DNA of 62,964 nt, counting the filler, from Pelomyxa schiedti (lineage: Eukaryota; Protista; Evosea): NCBI GenBank assembly GCA_020536535.1. It is 10 parts of 10 records of this genome, joined end to end, with 100 filler letters (N's around TTAATTAATTAA, not from the genome) between each part and the next. Parts side by side here need not be neighbours in the genome. Positions count along the whole stretch, not along the records: positions 1 to 12,918 come from JAHLWZ010000145.1; positions 13,019 to 33,404 come from JAHLWZ010001089.1; 8 more parts are not named here. One strand, written 5' to 3'. The notes under the pieces are model-generated. The model worked only from the letters and a program-made list of their open reading frames with translations. It did no database searches and had not been told where the DNA came from. Positions 11,484-23,800 of the stretch are shown here, piece by piece (the stretch's first letter is position 1; each line of letters opens with the position of its first letter). Position numbers and translations under genes: made by a program.

Positions 11484-12740
11484 ATGGCCACCACAGGGCC
11501 CCAACGCACACCTCCAATTCGAGTCGAAGGAGCCACAACTGCGCAGTCCCAAATGGTGTCACTGATGCTTGCGGCGCACCCGCGATGCGGCGCACACACC
11601 GCCCTCCCCAGAGGGCCCTCCCCTGTCGACGCCGGGGGCCTGTGGCTCGCGTTCCTGCGCGCCCTGTGGTCCGACTACATCGCGGCCACCGAGGCCCGCT
11701 TCGTCGTGGACCTCACTGCCCTCAGCAGCAGCCCCGCCTCCCCGGGCAGCCGCACGCACGACTGCGGGGTGCAGCTGCGCGTGTCCCCCGCGGTGCTCGG
11801 CCTCACGGGGCCCGTCACCACCCACGCCGTGTGCCACTCCCTGCGGCTCGACGGCGACCGCCACCTGGACGAGGAGTGGGGCGGGTGCACGTACGAGCTC
11901 AGGGTGGTGGACGCGACGACGAGCGGGACCAACAAGGGCGGGGACCGCGACTACTACGTGGTGCACAACGACAGCAGCGGGAGCTACTATGGGAACTCGA
12001 GGTGGGTGGTGATGTTCTCGTTTGCAAGCGGCGAGGGCACCAGCGTGTCCATCACCAAGGCTGTTGACCTGCCTGCGCTCAAGTTTGTTCGCTGCCGCGT
12101 GGACCCGCCGTTTCCTTGTTTTGTGAAGTGCGTGTCGTTCTGCGTCCGGTCTGATCCTGACAAGGCCGTGTTTGTGCTTACTCACAAACCAAACAAGAAG
12201 TGCTTGTCTGCTTTGGTTGTCGACGTTGCAAAGTCGTTCGAATCGAGGAGCCTGGTGATTGTGTCCGACACACAGTGTGTGATTACTGGCGATGGACATC
12301 TGGGAGTCTCCAATCTCCTGTGCCTGAGCACTGCCAGTGGTTCCAGGTGCTTCGTTCTCAGGAAGACCTATGACTGGAAGAGTTTCCAGCTGAGTGCAGT
12401 GTATGACGCAGTGCCACAACAAGGTGAGCAGCCAGTTGCCACTGAGGTGAAGCCAGGTGACCTTGGCCTGTCACAGCTGTCAGAATCGCAGTTCTGTGTG
12501 TGCACAAAGCGCCACCCAAGTGCATTCGCAGAAGTGTGGGACTGCAGCAGCGGTGTCAGGCCAGAAAAGGTGAGGGTGATCAGATTTGGTGGGCCAAAAA
12601 TGGCCACAATGGAGGCAAATTCGGGATTCTTGTTTGTGTGTTCACCTGACAGGATCAAGGCGATTGAGGCATCAACTGGTGTGTGTTTCCTCACCCTGAT
12701 GCTGACTGTTCCATGTGTTCAACACATCACCCGTCTGTGA
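11484..12740 (+). CDS. Expanded-family protein (N-terminal AQSQMVSLMLAAHPRCG module plus beta-rich, propeller-like body), intronless
   Basis: Long GC-rich ORF. Shares LSQLSESQFC, AEVWDC and SGFL motifs with the paralog fragment at 34107-34600. Confidence 0.75.
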   Translation: MATTGPQRTPPIRVEGATTAQSQMVSLMLAAHPRCGAHTALPRGPSPVDAGGLWLAFLRALWSDYIAATEARFVVDLTALSSSPASPGSRTHDCGVQLRVSPAVLGLTGPVTTHAVCHSLRLDGDRHLDEEWGGCTYELRVVDATTSGTNKGGDRDYYVVHNDSSGSYYGNSRWVVMFSFASGEGTSVSITKAVDLPALKFVRCRVDPPFPCFVKCVSFCVRSDPDKAVFVLTHKPNKKCLSALVVDVAKSFESRSLVIVSDTQCVITGDGHLGVSNLLCLSTASGSRCFVLRKTYDWKSFQLSAVYDAVPQQGEQPVATEVKPGDLGLSQLSESQFCVCTKRHPSAFAEVWDCSSGVRPEKVRVIRFGGPKMATMEANSGFLFVCSPDRIKAIEASTGVCFLTLMLTVPCVQHITRL

Positions 12741-12918
12741 CCAGACCCCAAGTTCAGTGCCCATCAACCACTACCCCAATTTCGCCATAAGAAATTTCAA
12801 AACCAATGAAACAAGCTCTATTTACAACACACACCACCCACATGCGTTGATGTGACAGAACACATCAAAAACATCAAACAGTACATTTTCAACAAACTTC
12901 ACACACAAATGGACGATC

Positions 12919-13018
12919 NNNNNNNNNNNNNNNNNNNNNNNNNNNNNNNNNNNNNNNNNNNNTTAATTAATTAANNNNNNNNNNNNNNNNNNNNNNNNNN
13001 NNNNNNNNNNNNNNNNNN
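12919..13018. other. Artificial contig linker N/TTAATTAATTAA/N (first of nine)
   Basis: The six-frame-stop linker core is at 12963 and recurs at 33449, 34660, 37757, 39338, 50574, 53798, 55014 and 58850. Confidence 0.97.
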
Positions 13019-14739
13019 TTTTTCGTCTTGTGGGCCTAAACTCAACACCGCCTTGCTGAGGTCGCAGTGCCCCCTTTTGCAAGGTAACATTTGCTGGTGG
13101 GTGCGCCCAAATCACAGAGAAACAGAGACCCAGAGATATTGAAATGATTTTCTACTTTCTTTGTGTTGTAAGTATAGTGGTGGTACAAGGCTGGCGGTTA
13201 CCTTACGGGTGATTCTTTCCGAAACAGCGACTCTTCTCGGAGCCATCACTTGGATTTTACCGTACTGATAGGAAAAAAGACCAACAAATTGGACAGTGGG
13301 TGCTGAGGAAGTGGGTTACGGATTGTGGGTTGGATGGTTCATCGACGAGGACCTGGTTATTGTGTTGGGGATCTCGTTCGTGTTACGTGTCACCACGTGC
13401 GGTGCCCCTATGGGATGCCAATGCGGAGTGTATGCGGCTGTAGTATCTCGAACCGTGGTTGACGTGGCACCCTCGGCGGGGTTGCGCGATCTGCGTTATT
13501 CGTCAGTGCGTAAGCGTCGTGGTGCTAAACGAACAAAAAAGAAGGGAAGAGAAAAGAGCGGGAAAAAAAAAAACGAAGGTACAGAAAGGTGTGTAGGTAC
13601 CTGTTGGTTACACCGTCACCATGTGTGCGTAAAAGCGATCTCACCTTGGTCGGTCGTGCCGGCACGCGTGTGGTTGCCTTTATATTTTTTTTTTGTGTCT
13701 TCTTTAGGTTTTTTTGGGAGATCTGGGGTTTTCTGTTTTACCTGCAACTGCAACAATTGCATCGGTCCAGGGTAGTGTATAGGCGCAGAGACTGGCTCTA
13801 GGACTCACCTGTACAGCGATGGGCTTCCACTTCCCTCAGACTCTGGGATCAAGGGCCCGAGACTGACACACAGAAGCCTGGATCTGTCCGTCGAAATAAC
13901 TTAGCAGTTTCGGCTTGCAGGTGGTAGTTGTTACGTGACACGTCGCGAGCACTGCGTGACGATGGCGCAACACACCCGTCGACGGCGGCAAGTGAACCCC
14001 CGCGCGTAGTCGTACTCGTACTAGTAGCGGTGCCACACACAGCTGGGGTGAGTTCCAAAGGTGCACCCCTGACACTGGGGTACCTGCTGGTAGTAAGGCA
14101 AGGCCGCCCGTAGTACTGCCACGGCTCGGGAGTGGGCCTCCTCGCCATCGCGTCCATTATAGGATCCCGCAAGCGGGCCGTCCCTGAGCTCCGTGGAGCT
14201 GCAGACCAGCCACAGCGGCACGCACTCCTTCAGGGAGTGCCTGGGCCCCGCTGTGGCCGCTCAGGCACCCCGCTAAGAGTGAGGAAGAAGGTCGTTGTAT
14301 GTTTGTTTGGACCTGTGTTGAGTTGACGCCACACGTGAGCACCAACCTGGTGAGTTCCAGAGACGTTCTATTGCGATTTTTGCTGGCGGCGATGGACCAA
14401 ACACACCACTAATCACCCCATTATTTTTTGTGGGATGACACAACACCAAAGCGCGACAACGCAACACGTTGCGATTTTTTCCGATCACTATTAGCCGAAA
14501 CCGGCGCTCCTAAAGTACACATTCTACAGTTGGGGCCAAGGAACAAAGAAGATCTTGGTTGAATCGCTAGTTGCCCTAACACCCTACGCTAGATTCCCAA
14601 CAAGGTAGTGCATTTCGGAAGCAGTTTTCAAACGAAAATTTTTGATTGTACTCAACAACGAAAAGACAAACGAAACATAACCGAAACCTGGTGGTGACAC
14701 GAAACGCCAAACGCTCATTGTGGGTTGTAAGCGCAACAC

Positions 14740-17700
14740 ATGGCGTTTGAGTTGATAAACAAGAACACCCGCGAGCCATTGTGGGTCGACAAAGTGAGCA
14801 TCGCTGCCGAGTGCATTGGGCCCGTTGCTGGAGTCACGATTGAGGTTCACTTTTGCCAGCCGCCGTCGTCACCCACAAGTGGGAATGTCGAGGCCGAGCT
14901 CAAGTTCACGCTGCCGGGCGAGCGTGCGGCCATTTGTGGGTTCCAGACCGACGTCTACGGTGCCATGGTTGATGGCGTAATCACATCGAAGGAAACGGCC
15001 CAGGTGGCTCTCGAGGCTGCGGTGTGTGCGTGTGTGTCTCATTGTCCCCGAGTTATGTGCATTAATTATGCCTTCTCCTTCTACTACATTTAAAGTAAGT
15101 AATGCGGTGGTTTTTTTTTTTTTTTTTCAGTGTTATGTTATTCGCTTGATTCAACTTCATCAATTTATCTCATTCATTTCATTGAAATGCACAGACCAGA
15201 GCCACTGTAGAGGGGAGGATTGCAACTTGCGAACATGTCTTGGGAAATGTATTTCGTGCACGAATTTTTCCTGTCCCAAAACGTGAGGGGAGAACTGTAA
15301 AGGTACCCACTTCCCTTGGTGGAATTTTGTCTCACAGGAAAAAAGATAGAATTTATCACTGAGATTCCTGTCACTGGCACTTTTCAACTTCCTCTGCAGT
15401 TCCCTTCACCCATCGCAAAGTAAATGCCTTTTCCGTCTCACTTCTCTCACAGTACAAATAGTTTCGCATGTAATGTATCTGTCCACGTGCATCAAAATTC
15501 AACTCCTCCATATCTTGAAGAAACAGATTTCGCTGGTGACTCCAGTTTTAGTCTGTCGAAAGCTATTGACCAGAGTCCACCTTTTACGTAAAGCTCTTTT
15601 CAGATACATGTATAGGTCCTTAACTCAACTCTGCCCATATAGAAAATATGTCGCATCAACTCAACAACGAAATATATCCATACGTAGAGGTCTTACAATC
15701 GCAAACGTCCTGATTCCAAATGCCCTGTCATCACCAAATACCGTATTCGTTGAGAAAACTGGGCCGAGGATGTATACTTTTTGCCTTTCTGGGGTGGTTC
15801 CTGTTGTCGCAAATGTACAATTGGCCCTCTTAGTATTTTCAGGATACTTACATGGCTGTTCTTAACAGCAACAAGTTGGTACTGTATCTCGTATTGGGGT
15901 TCTTTGGGATGCCTCTCTCAGCAGGAAAAGTGTTGACAAAGAAAAAGAATTAAGGTACACTCTTCCCATCCACCGATTCATTACCTTATCGTCTTTCGCA
16001 GGCTTCTAAGAAACATAGCGGAACACTATCGGAACGCGGTGTTCGTCCTTCATACCTTCCGTCATATATGCGAAGAGCCAGAAAGATTCTCCAAAGTGGA
16101 GTCCCTCATCGACTCCTTGCAAGTTAACAACCTTTGCATTGCATCTTCCAGAATAACACTCATAGACTGTGCAATACGATGGAGGGTCAAGTTTATCATC
16201 GGTCTTGGCTTGCAACCGCAGCACTGAATTTCCTGTGGATGTCTTCCTTCTATTTAGGTAACAAATTTACTATTTGCTTTACTCTCCTAATTCTTACCCT
16301 CAGTGATGGAATTTGTTCTCTCGGTGGTGCTCTCCCCAAGCAATTGCCAGCTGTAAACGACCGTTTTTCATCTGTACGATTCTAAGTCCCCGTAGGTCCC
16401 AGTTTTTACCTTCAGTAGTGGTGCCAAAATTGATGCTGTGACCCTCAAACAGTGGGCTCGCGCAACTGGTGGAGAGTTTTTCAATTTGGAGTTTTGTGAT
16501 ATTTCACAGGTCTCTCCTTTCCCTCTTTTTTCACCTTTTGTGTACGAGGTGATTTTCTTCTCAGGTACCTCCACGCCTCAAACAGAAGACCACCAATTTA
16601 GTTTCCGTGACCCACGCGCCTTGGATAACTAACATGTGCGACTCAACCTCACAAATATTCCCAAATTGATGCCACTGGTTAGGTTTCCAAAGTTACCCTC
16701 ACCGCTGGCCACATCGGGCAGAGTCATACTCACTGGATGCGCTGAAGCTGCCACTGGTGCTTCATCCTTGTTGACTCTTGTACCTCAGTTTTCCTCAATC
16801 TGGATCTGTAAGGCTAATTCTCCCTAGAATATTGGGTACAATGAGTCCTCCATTCAGTCTACAGTGGAGGGTAGAGTCACGATTCCATTCCAGACAGTTT
16901 CTCTTTCAACACCTATTATAAGCAGATACCATGGTATCTTCTCTGTAGACCTACATTCAAATTTTAACTTTCAACTTAGCACTGATACAAATGGAAGAAC
17001 TTCTGTTGTCAACAATGAGCTCTTCTGTCAAAGCACAGCTTCTTGAATTGGGAAAACTACATAGGTACTTCTTCATCCCACACATATTTTTGTTCTTTTT
17101 GAACTCACACATTTTCTTCAATAGCCTTGTGACCCCAGTTACATCCATGATTGTTCTTGACAGTCTTTCACAGTACTTGTTGTATGAAATCGAACCTCCA
17201 GTGACCCTGCCGTTCCGTAACACCTATCTCAAGGTATTCTCATTTTGTTGCCTAATGAATGTCATACAACTGATAATCTTTGCTTCCAGATAGTTGCTGC
17301 CCGCACTAAAGACAAATTACGCGATGCTCAGAAGCATGCTGTACAAGTTTCCTCCATGTGGCAGAGAAGGTTGGCGTGGTTTGAAAACCAATACAGAGGA
17401 GACTTGTGGCAACCTAATGTGCTGCCAGCTATCAATCGCTCGCTTCTTACATTGTAAAATAGATATGGCATCACTTCTCTTTCCAAAGCCCTGAAAATTT
17501 GACCGACAAGCCTGTCACATTTGAATTACTGCCTGAGGAGCTCATGCCACCTGACCAACCATCGAAACCTAGCGACCAAAGGAAGCAAATCAAAAAGAAA
17601 TCACTGAAGCTCAGCCTCAGCCGGATGAAAGATAAAGCAGAAGAGGAGTGCCTGTGCATTGATGAAGTGTTTACAGCTGAGGCCCCAACCAGTCCACTTT

Positions 17701-20341
17701 CCTCTCCCAAGCTTATGAGTCACTCTCCACCAACTAGCCCATGCTATACTCCAACAAGTCCAAATTACTCACCCACAAGCCCTGCATACTCGCCTGCAAG
17801 TCCTTCATACTCACCCACAAGTCCTCGTTATACTCCCAGCAGCCCTAGTTATGCTCCAACGAGCCCTCGACAGGCGCCTGCTGAGCCCTTCCTTGATTTA
17901 GACCGGCCGAACAGTCCAGCGTCCTCAGCATGCTCAGCATCTGAAGGAGAACAAGATTACGATGAGCCTCCTCCACCTGAGCCGCCAGCAGAGCGCCCAC
18001 CAGAGCCACAGCCAATCCCCATAAAAAGGTTAGTAGCAAACCTCTTTCTTTGTCTAGAACTGTACTCACTTCTCATATGCATATGTACAGATCGCTGATC
18101 AGGCGAACTAGTATCAGTAATCTCAGTAGTCTCATGCCTCAAAAGGAAAAATTGGAATTGCAACCTGAGCCAGCAGAAGAAGCCGAGGCTCCTTCACTTC
18201 GATCCTCTGCTCTTAGGATGCACAAATCAACTTCTATAGTCACGAGCCCAATTCTGGCCCCTGTTATTAAGCACCAGCGATCAAGGTCTCGAGCCGCCAG
18301 CCCAATCCGAGCCCCTGACATGGATATGATGATGGAGCGCCAGAGTGAGCGCGAGCCGGACCGCGACCGTGACCGCTGCCGCGATGCTCCAGAACGATTG
18401 GATCGGGCTCCTCCAGAAAGGGATGATTACAAGATGTTGCGGGATATGGAAATGGACAGGGCCAGGTCCAGATCGCGCTCCCCACCGCATTCCCCTGAAC
18501 CAGAATGGCGGGATGATGACTTCAGAGCCCGGTCTCGTTCGCGCTCCCCGCCGCGGCATTCTCCTCCACCCAGGAGGTACGAAGACCGCAGAAGAATGGA
18601 AAGGGATGCGAGGCCCAGGTCACCCCCTGTTGCACGCTCCCCATCACCTCCAAGTCCATATCACCGCGATGACCGCTCTCCTCCCAGACATTTCCATCAC
18701 GCTCATCATTACATGCGCGCTTCTCCTCCACGCTCCCGCCGTCATGCACGAAGGCGCTCAATGTCGAGCTCATCGTCCAGTTCTTCATCTTCTCGCTCCC
18801 GTTCTCGATCTCGATCACGCTCTGGGTCGCGACCAAGACGGAGGCCCTCTCCAACACTGCGACGCCCTTCTAATATTGGTGCAGTCAGTCCACAGAGGAT
18901 TACGGCGAGCTTCGGACCCACAGGTATTTCCTTTGTGGGTTGCTCATAGCTTGCTAACCTGTGTAAGCATTGCACTATGAGCTGAAGGGGATACCTTTAC
19001 CTGGGAACGTGGTTATTTCTTTCCTTGAACGGTCTGAGGGACCACAGTACATTTCATTGTGCCTGTTGGACTCCACTGGGTGCGATTTCTTTTCTCGTTT
19101 CTTTCGGAAGCTAAATTTACAACAGGCAGATGGCAAAGGAGGCATATAAATCCCTTCTTGCCGTTGATGCTGATCTTGAATCACACATGGAGCAAATAAG
19201 CACTCTCTTGCACTTCCAAAGTTCTTCCGTTTTCCGAATCAACTCCTCAGTAACACACCTTAGATGCAACCCAAGATGCAGTCAAGGCAGTGACTAATTT
19301 GGCTGAAGCGGGAGTTGCAGACGCCCAAATCCTGAGACTTGCAGCGTACAAACTGATGCAATTCAAAGCTTTTGACTGCTGTGTGGATATTTTTGAGAAA
19401 ATACTTGACATAAGGTTACCTTTTTCTCCCTTTTTTTTTTTTCATCTCTAACAACTGGCGATTAGGAGCGAAGAACCGCAGGCATACCGGGACCTAGCAC
19501 TGGCCCTTTTGGCACGAAACAACCTTGATGATCTACCCAGGGTTATACACCTGCTGTGCCAGGTCATAACCCGGAAATGGGATATCAGATTTCACCAGGT
19601 GGAAGTTGTGGCACTCACCGAACTCTGCAATGCATTGTCCTACACAACATCCATTGCCAATAGCACAGCCGGCGTTACTGCGGCTGTTGCTGCTTCTGCT
19701 GCCGCATGGTCGGAGGAGATGATGATATTGAGGAATATGATGCAAGTGCCTCTCAGGAGCCTGCTGGTTGATTTGAGAGTGGTGCTCGAGTGGAACATGG
19801 ATGTTGTAAATATGGAACTCCACGTAACTGAGGTTCTAAACTCCTCTCATAACACCCCGGTATTAATCCATGTGTTGTTGATTTAGCCAAGCGGAGAAAC
19901 CGTTACTAGTTTCCACAATCACTCTCTCTTTGGAGGTGCGGAACTTACCTATTTTGAGAGTACTGACTAACTAACTAACAATAACTCAGGAATGTTGTCG
20001 CGAGACATGGGGCAGGGATATGGCCCTGTTGAATACCTTATTTCAAAATCAATGCCCGGTGCATACACAATAGCAGTTCAGCTATTTTCCGCTGGTGGAA
20101 AAACCGTTGTGTATGTTCTCCCTTCCCTCACTCAATTCCGCCTGTTTTCCTATATCTATTCTTTCTCCATCCTTTATTTCTTGCTACACCACTAATCTGT
20201 AAACAAAGACAACCGGTGACTGCATGCGTGAGCATCTACACATATTTCGGGAATGTGGAAATGCAAAAGATGGAGGCCCACGTGGTGCAACTGCGGACCG
20301 ACAGGGAACAACGCACAGTTGCAACCGTTGTGTTCTCCTAA
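14740..20341 (+). CDS. VIT - vWA-like - (CTD-like/RS insert) - TPR - DUF2135-type protein, many introns
   Basis: VIT-like [10 protein letters not shown]...[18 protein letters not shown]...[12 protein letters not shown]; [12 protein letters not shown]; [12 protein letters not shown]...YEIEPP; [13 protein letters not shown]; DLRVVLEWN...LHVTEPSGE...[14 protein letters not shown]...PGAYTI. Ends ATVVFS* at 20341. Confidence 0.8.
17745..17870 (+). repeat. Six tandem 21-nt units encoding Pol II CTD-like heptads
   Basis: [42 protein letters not shown] (CTD consensus YSPTSPS). Confidence 0.95.
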
Positions 20342-20895
20342 TGCCAGTGCCAGTGTTACCACCAATGTCTGTATGGTTGTTAAAAGGTTCTTATCATTTT
20401 TGTCACCCTTAGAGTTTACTTTGGTGGGGGGCATTCACAGCTGAGGAACATCTTCCTGGCCCCAAGTTGGGGGGTTGGGGAGCGTGTCACACCAAGTTGG
20501 GGCGATGAAGGGGGCGTAGCCTTCTTTGGCATGTGGCATTCAACGAGTATCGTTTGAGTTGGGTTGTGCCCACATTCACAAGGGATACCAGATCTTCGTC
20601 CCACAGGAAGCAAAGATCACAGTCCCAAAATTAAAAAAAAATTAAAACAAAAAACAACTCAAGCGTCGTACGAAGTAACGCAACACGCCGCGTATCGTCC
20701 AACGGGCTCCCGAAAAGACTACCAGCAACAACGACATACAACATCGCAACGCACGCACAACTGACGGAAACGCCAAGCGTAACCAGCACCACACCGTCGC
20801 CCAGATCGCAGTCAACCACCAACAGCCCCCCCCTCCTCCTCGTCAACAACGCCCCCGTTGGTGTTAGTGGTGGTGGTGGTGATTCCTCGCCGTCG

Positions 20896-23800
20896 ATGAT
20901 GGCCACGTCGCCTACGATGCCGCCGGTGGCGCCGCCTCCGCCGCCTATGATTACAATGAGGCAACACCATCAGCAGCAGCAGCAGACGGGCGGTTGCGGG
21001 GGCGTGGGGGGGGCCAGGACGGGGTGCTACCCGCACCCTGCCCATCACGCGTACCCGCCCCCGCTGCCGCAGTTGCATTTGACGAAGCACCAATTGCCTC
21101 CGATGACGCAACAGAATCAGCAGCAACTGTTGTTGTTGGACGTCGGTGGCGGCAACACCAGCGGGATCGGGATCGGGATCGGGATTGGGCCGCAGTGCTG
21201 TTGTTATCCATCGTCGTACAATCAACAGCAGCAGCCGGGCAGATTGAGTGTACCACCGCCTGCGACCTTGCAACTGCAACCAGGAATTGCATTTATGGGC
21301 TCTGGTACTAATAATGTTGGAGGGGCCAGGTGCTGCCTCACAAGCCATAGACGACAATCACTGTAAAGCCGCACTCTCTCAATCATAACGAATTCATAAG
21401 TTCCCGTTTTTTTCATTAATATCCTTCCAGTGTAAATAGCAGTGGATCTATACAAACTCCACATTGTGCTCCTGTATCACCAACACATTCACCATTACAC
21501 ACTCCCATGGCATCACCACCCACTTCCCCCTCCCCGTCACCAGCGGACTCTCCTCAAACTCCCCCCTTATCACCACGATTTTACCAAACTCAAGCAAACT
21601 TTACTGTAAACACAATGGCCAGCTCAGCTACATTTCCCGGCATGGCAATAGGATCGTCTCGGAACAAGGTCATCACACTTTACTCCTTATTACAACGCTA
21701 ATGGTCAAAATACAGCTAACGTCTTCTGGTTACATTGTTCCTCCATCTCAACTCTCAAACCTTCCTGTTTCCCCTCGGCACCAGCAGCCCGACACAACAC
21801 AGACAGCCATACAACATTCACTCTCAACTGAACCCCAAGCACAAGTGATGCAAGCTGAGTGTAACACTAGCGAAACCCACCCTCCAAATGAGGCACCAAC
21901 ACTACAATCAAGTGATTCTAAGTTAGAAGTAATGAAAGCAGTAGAGCAACACTCATCACTTCAAAATGACAGATCAGTGCACAGACTATGTAGTTCCATC
22001 TGTAATCCGACTTCTAACAAAGCCTTCCATAGCGGGGCGATCGAAATCCTGCAGCAATTTTGCTATGCTAGAAAAAGAAAACCCGCAGGGAAACACTGAA
22101 AGACCACATATACCAGAGCAATCTCCTCCTCCCAGACCCCTGTATACAGTCTCTTTTCCGTCGTCAAACAAGAACAACGATACATCCCCACCTCTGCCCT
22201 CTTCTCCACGATTTCTTCCCTCTACTCCACCACCACGCCCTGCACCACTACCCCAGTTTGGAGCTCCACCACCCCCGCCACTGATCGCAGTCTCTACACC
22301 TGCCCCAATTGCTATGGCGCTTCCAGCTTTACCAGCTCCACTTCCACCTACCCCAATGAAAGCGCAAATTCAACAGCAGCAACTTACCCCCGCAGCTCCA
22401 ACGCGAAGGGCACCATCACCCCAGGCACTGTCCCCCCCGCCACTACGTTCTCCTACACTTTCCTCTCACCCAACACCACCTATTGATGACGATGTCTTAT
22501 CTATTCTTCAAGCTCCTGTCCCATCTCCTCCAACTTCTCCCCCTGTTCTTCAAATTCCAGACCAAATTGGAACACAAGTTCCAAGTCTATCCCTTGCGCC
22601 TCAAACAAGTAGTCCACGAACACTCTCTGAATTGGTGAATTCACCAAGGAAACAAACAACCTCTGATGGTATGTACTCTCTTGCGTACACATTGTCGTAA
22701 TAACTCAACTGTTTAGGTCGAGGTAACGATTTGACTCAAATTGCTTATCGGGTATCGCGAGTAAATACCCAATCATCAGGGAAAAGTGCCACACTCCATA
22801 ACCGCAGCACAAGCCACGACAACAGCATGCTTATTCTTCGTGTAGTTGTAAACACTGACAATACTGAGAACTCACAAATGAAACGATTCCCAAAAACTAT
22901 GCTTGTCAGGGATGCAATTAATCAGTGCAAGCTGCAAATGTTGAATCCAAGTGCGAATGGTATTTCCTGTTTCCTCTCTGACAGAAAACAGGTCTTGCAA
23001 ATTGCCGCTTCAATTTTCTATTCAAGGGCAGCAGTCTCAATCCTCACATTCCCCTTGGGGACTGTGGTCTCTATCACACGGTTAGTTTGCCTGCAAAAAA
23101 AAAAGTCTTACTAAGGTTTAGGATACTGTAAATATGGTTGCTGAAGATGCTAGCAAAGTTACATCACTCTATCTTGATGCAATGACCCCCAAAAAAATGG
23201 AGAACATCAGCCAGATACACCGAACTGCCATCAAATCTGGAGTCCTTACCAAACACAAAAAGGCGGCAAATAAATTTACCGACCACCAATCAAGGTAGTT
23301 TTCAACTCCATCGGCGTGTGGTTTTCTGTTCTTACTGCAACCAAGGTGGTGTGTGCTGAATAACAACACTCTGTACTATTTCGCCAATCCCCGGGTACAT
23401 TGTTTCAATCCTGACACTTGAATTCATCTCAAAAAAGGACCAAATGCCTGTAGGGCAGCTCGACCTTGAGCATGCCTGCGTGGAATTCCATTTTGATGAT
23501 CCTGTAACAAGCCCTTTCTTTTTTTTTACTATACACTCTAATTCCCTGGAAGATACCAAAGGAGCGAACAAGATTCACAGTAGAATTGCCTTCTGGAATT
23601 GTTTATTACTTTGATGCAGACAGTGAAACATCAGCCAAGGTCAGCGCTTTTCCATACAATCAAACAGTATTCAAACAATTAAAAAAAAAGAGTTGGCAAG
23701 CTGCAATTTTCCAAGGAAATACAGAACAATCCCGCTCAACAGTATTCCCTTCATCCAATCGCACAATTAACTTCCTTCTTAGACCCAGAAACCTAAATTC

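Noticed and set aside
11559-12422. Long antisense and alternative-frame ORFs (also 43108-44024 and 20812-21357)
   Set aside because: Shadow ORFs of GC-rich coding sequence on the other strand or frame.
13019-14500. Possible ncRNA or small genes in the GC-rich stretch
   Set aside because: No recognisable tRNA, snRNA or protein motif. A spliced minus-strand start (MAPRRVAVSERITRK, 13246) is plausible but unsupported.
17745-17870. RPB1 gene
   Set aside because: Only the heptads match. There is no NADFDGD or other polymerase motif, and the flanks are VIT/DUF2135-like.
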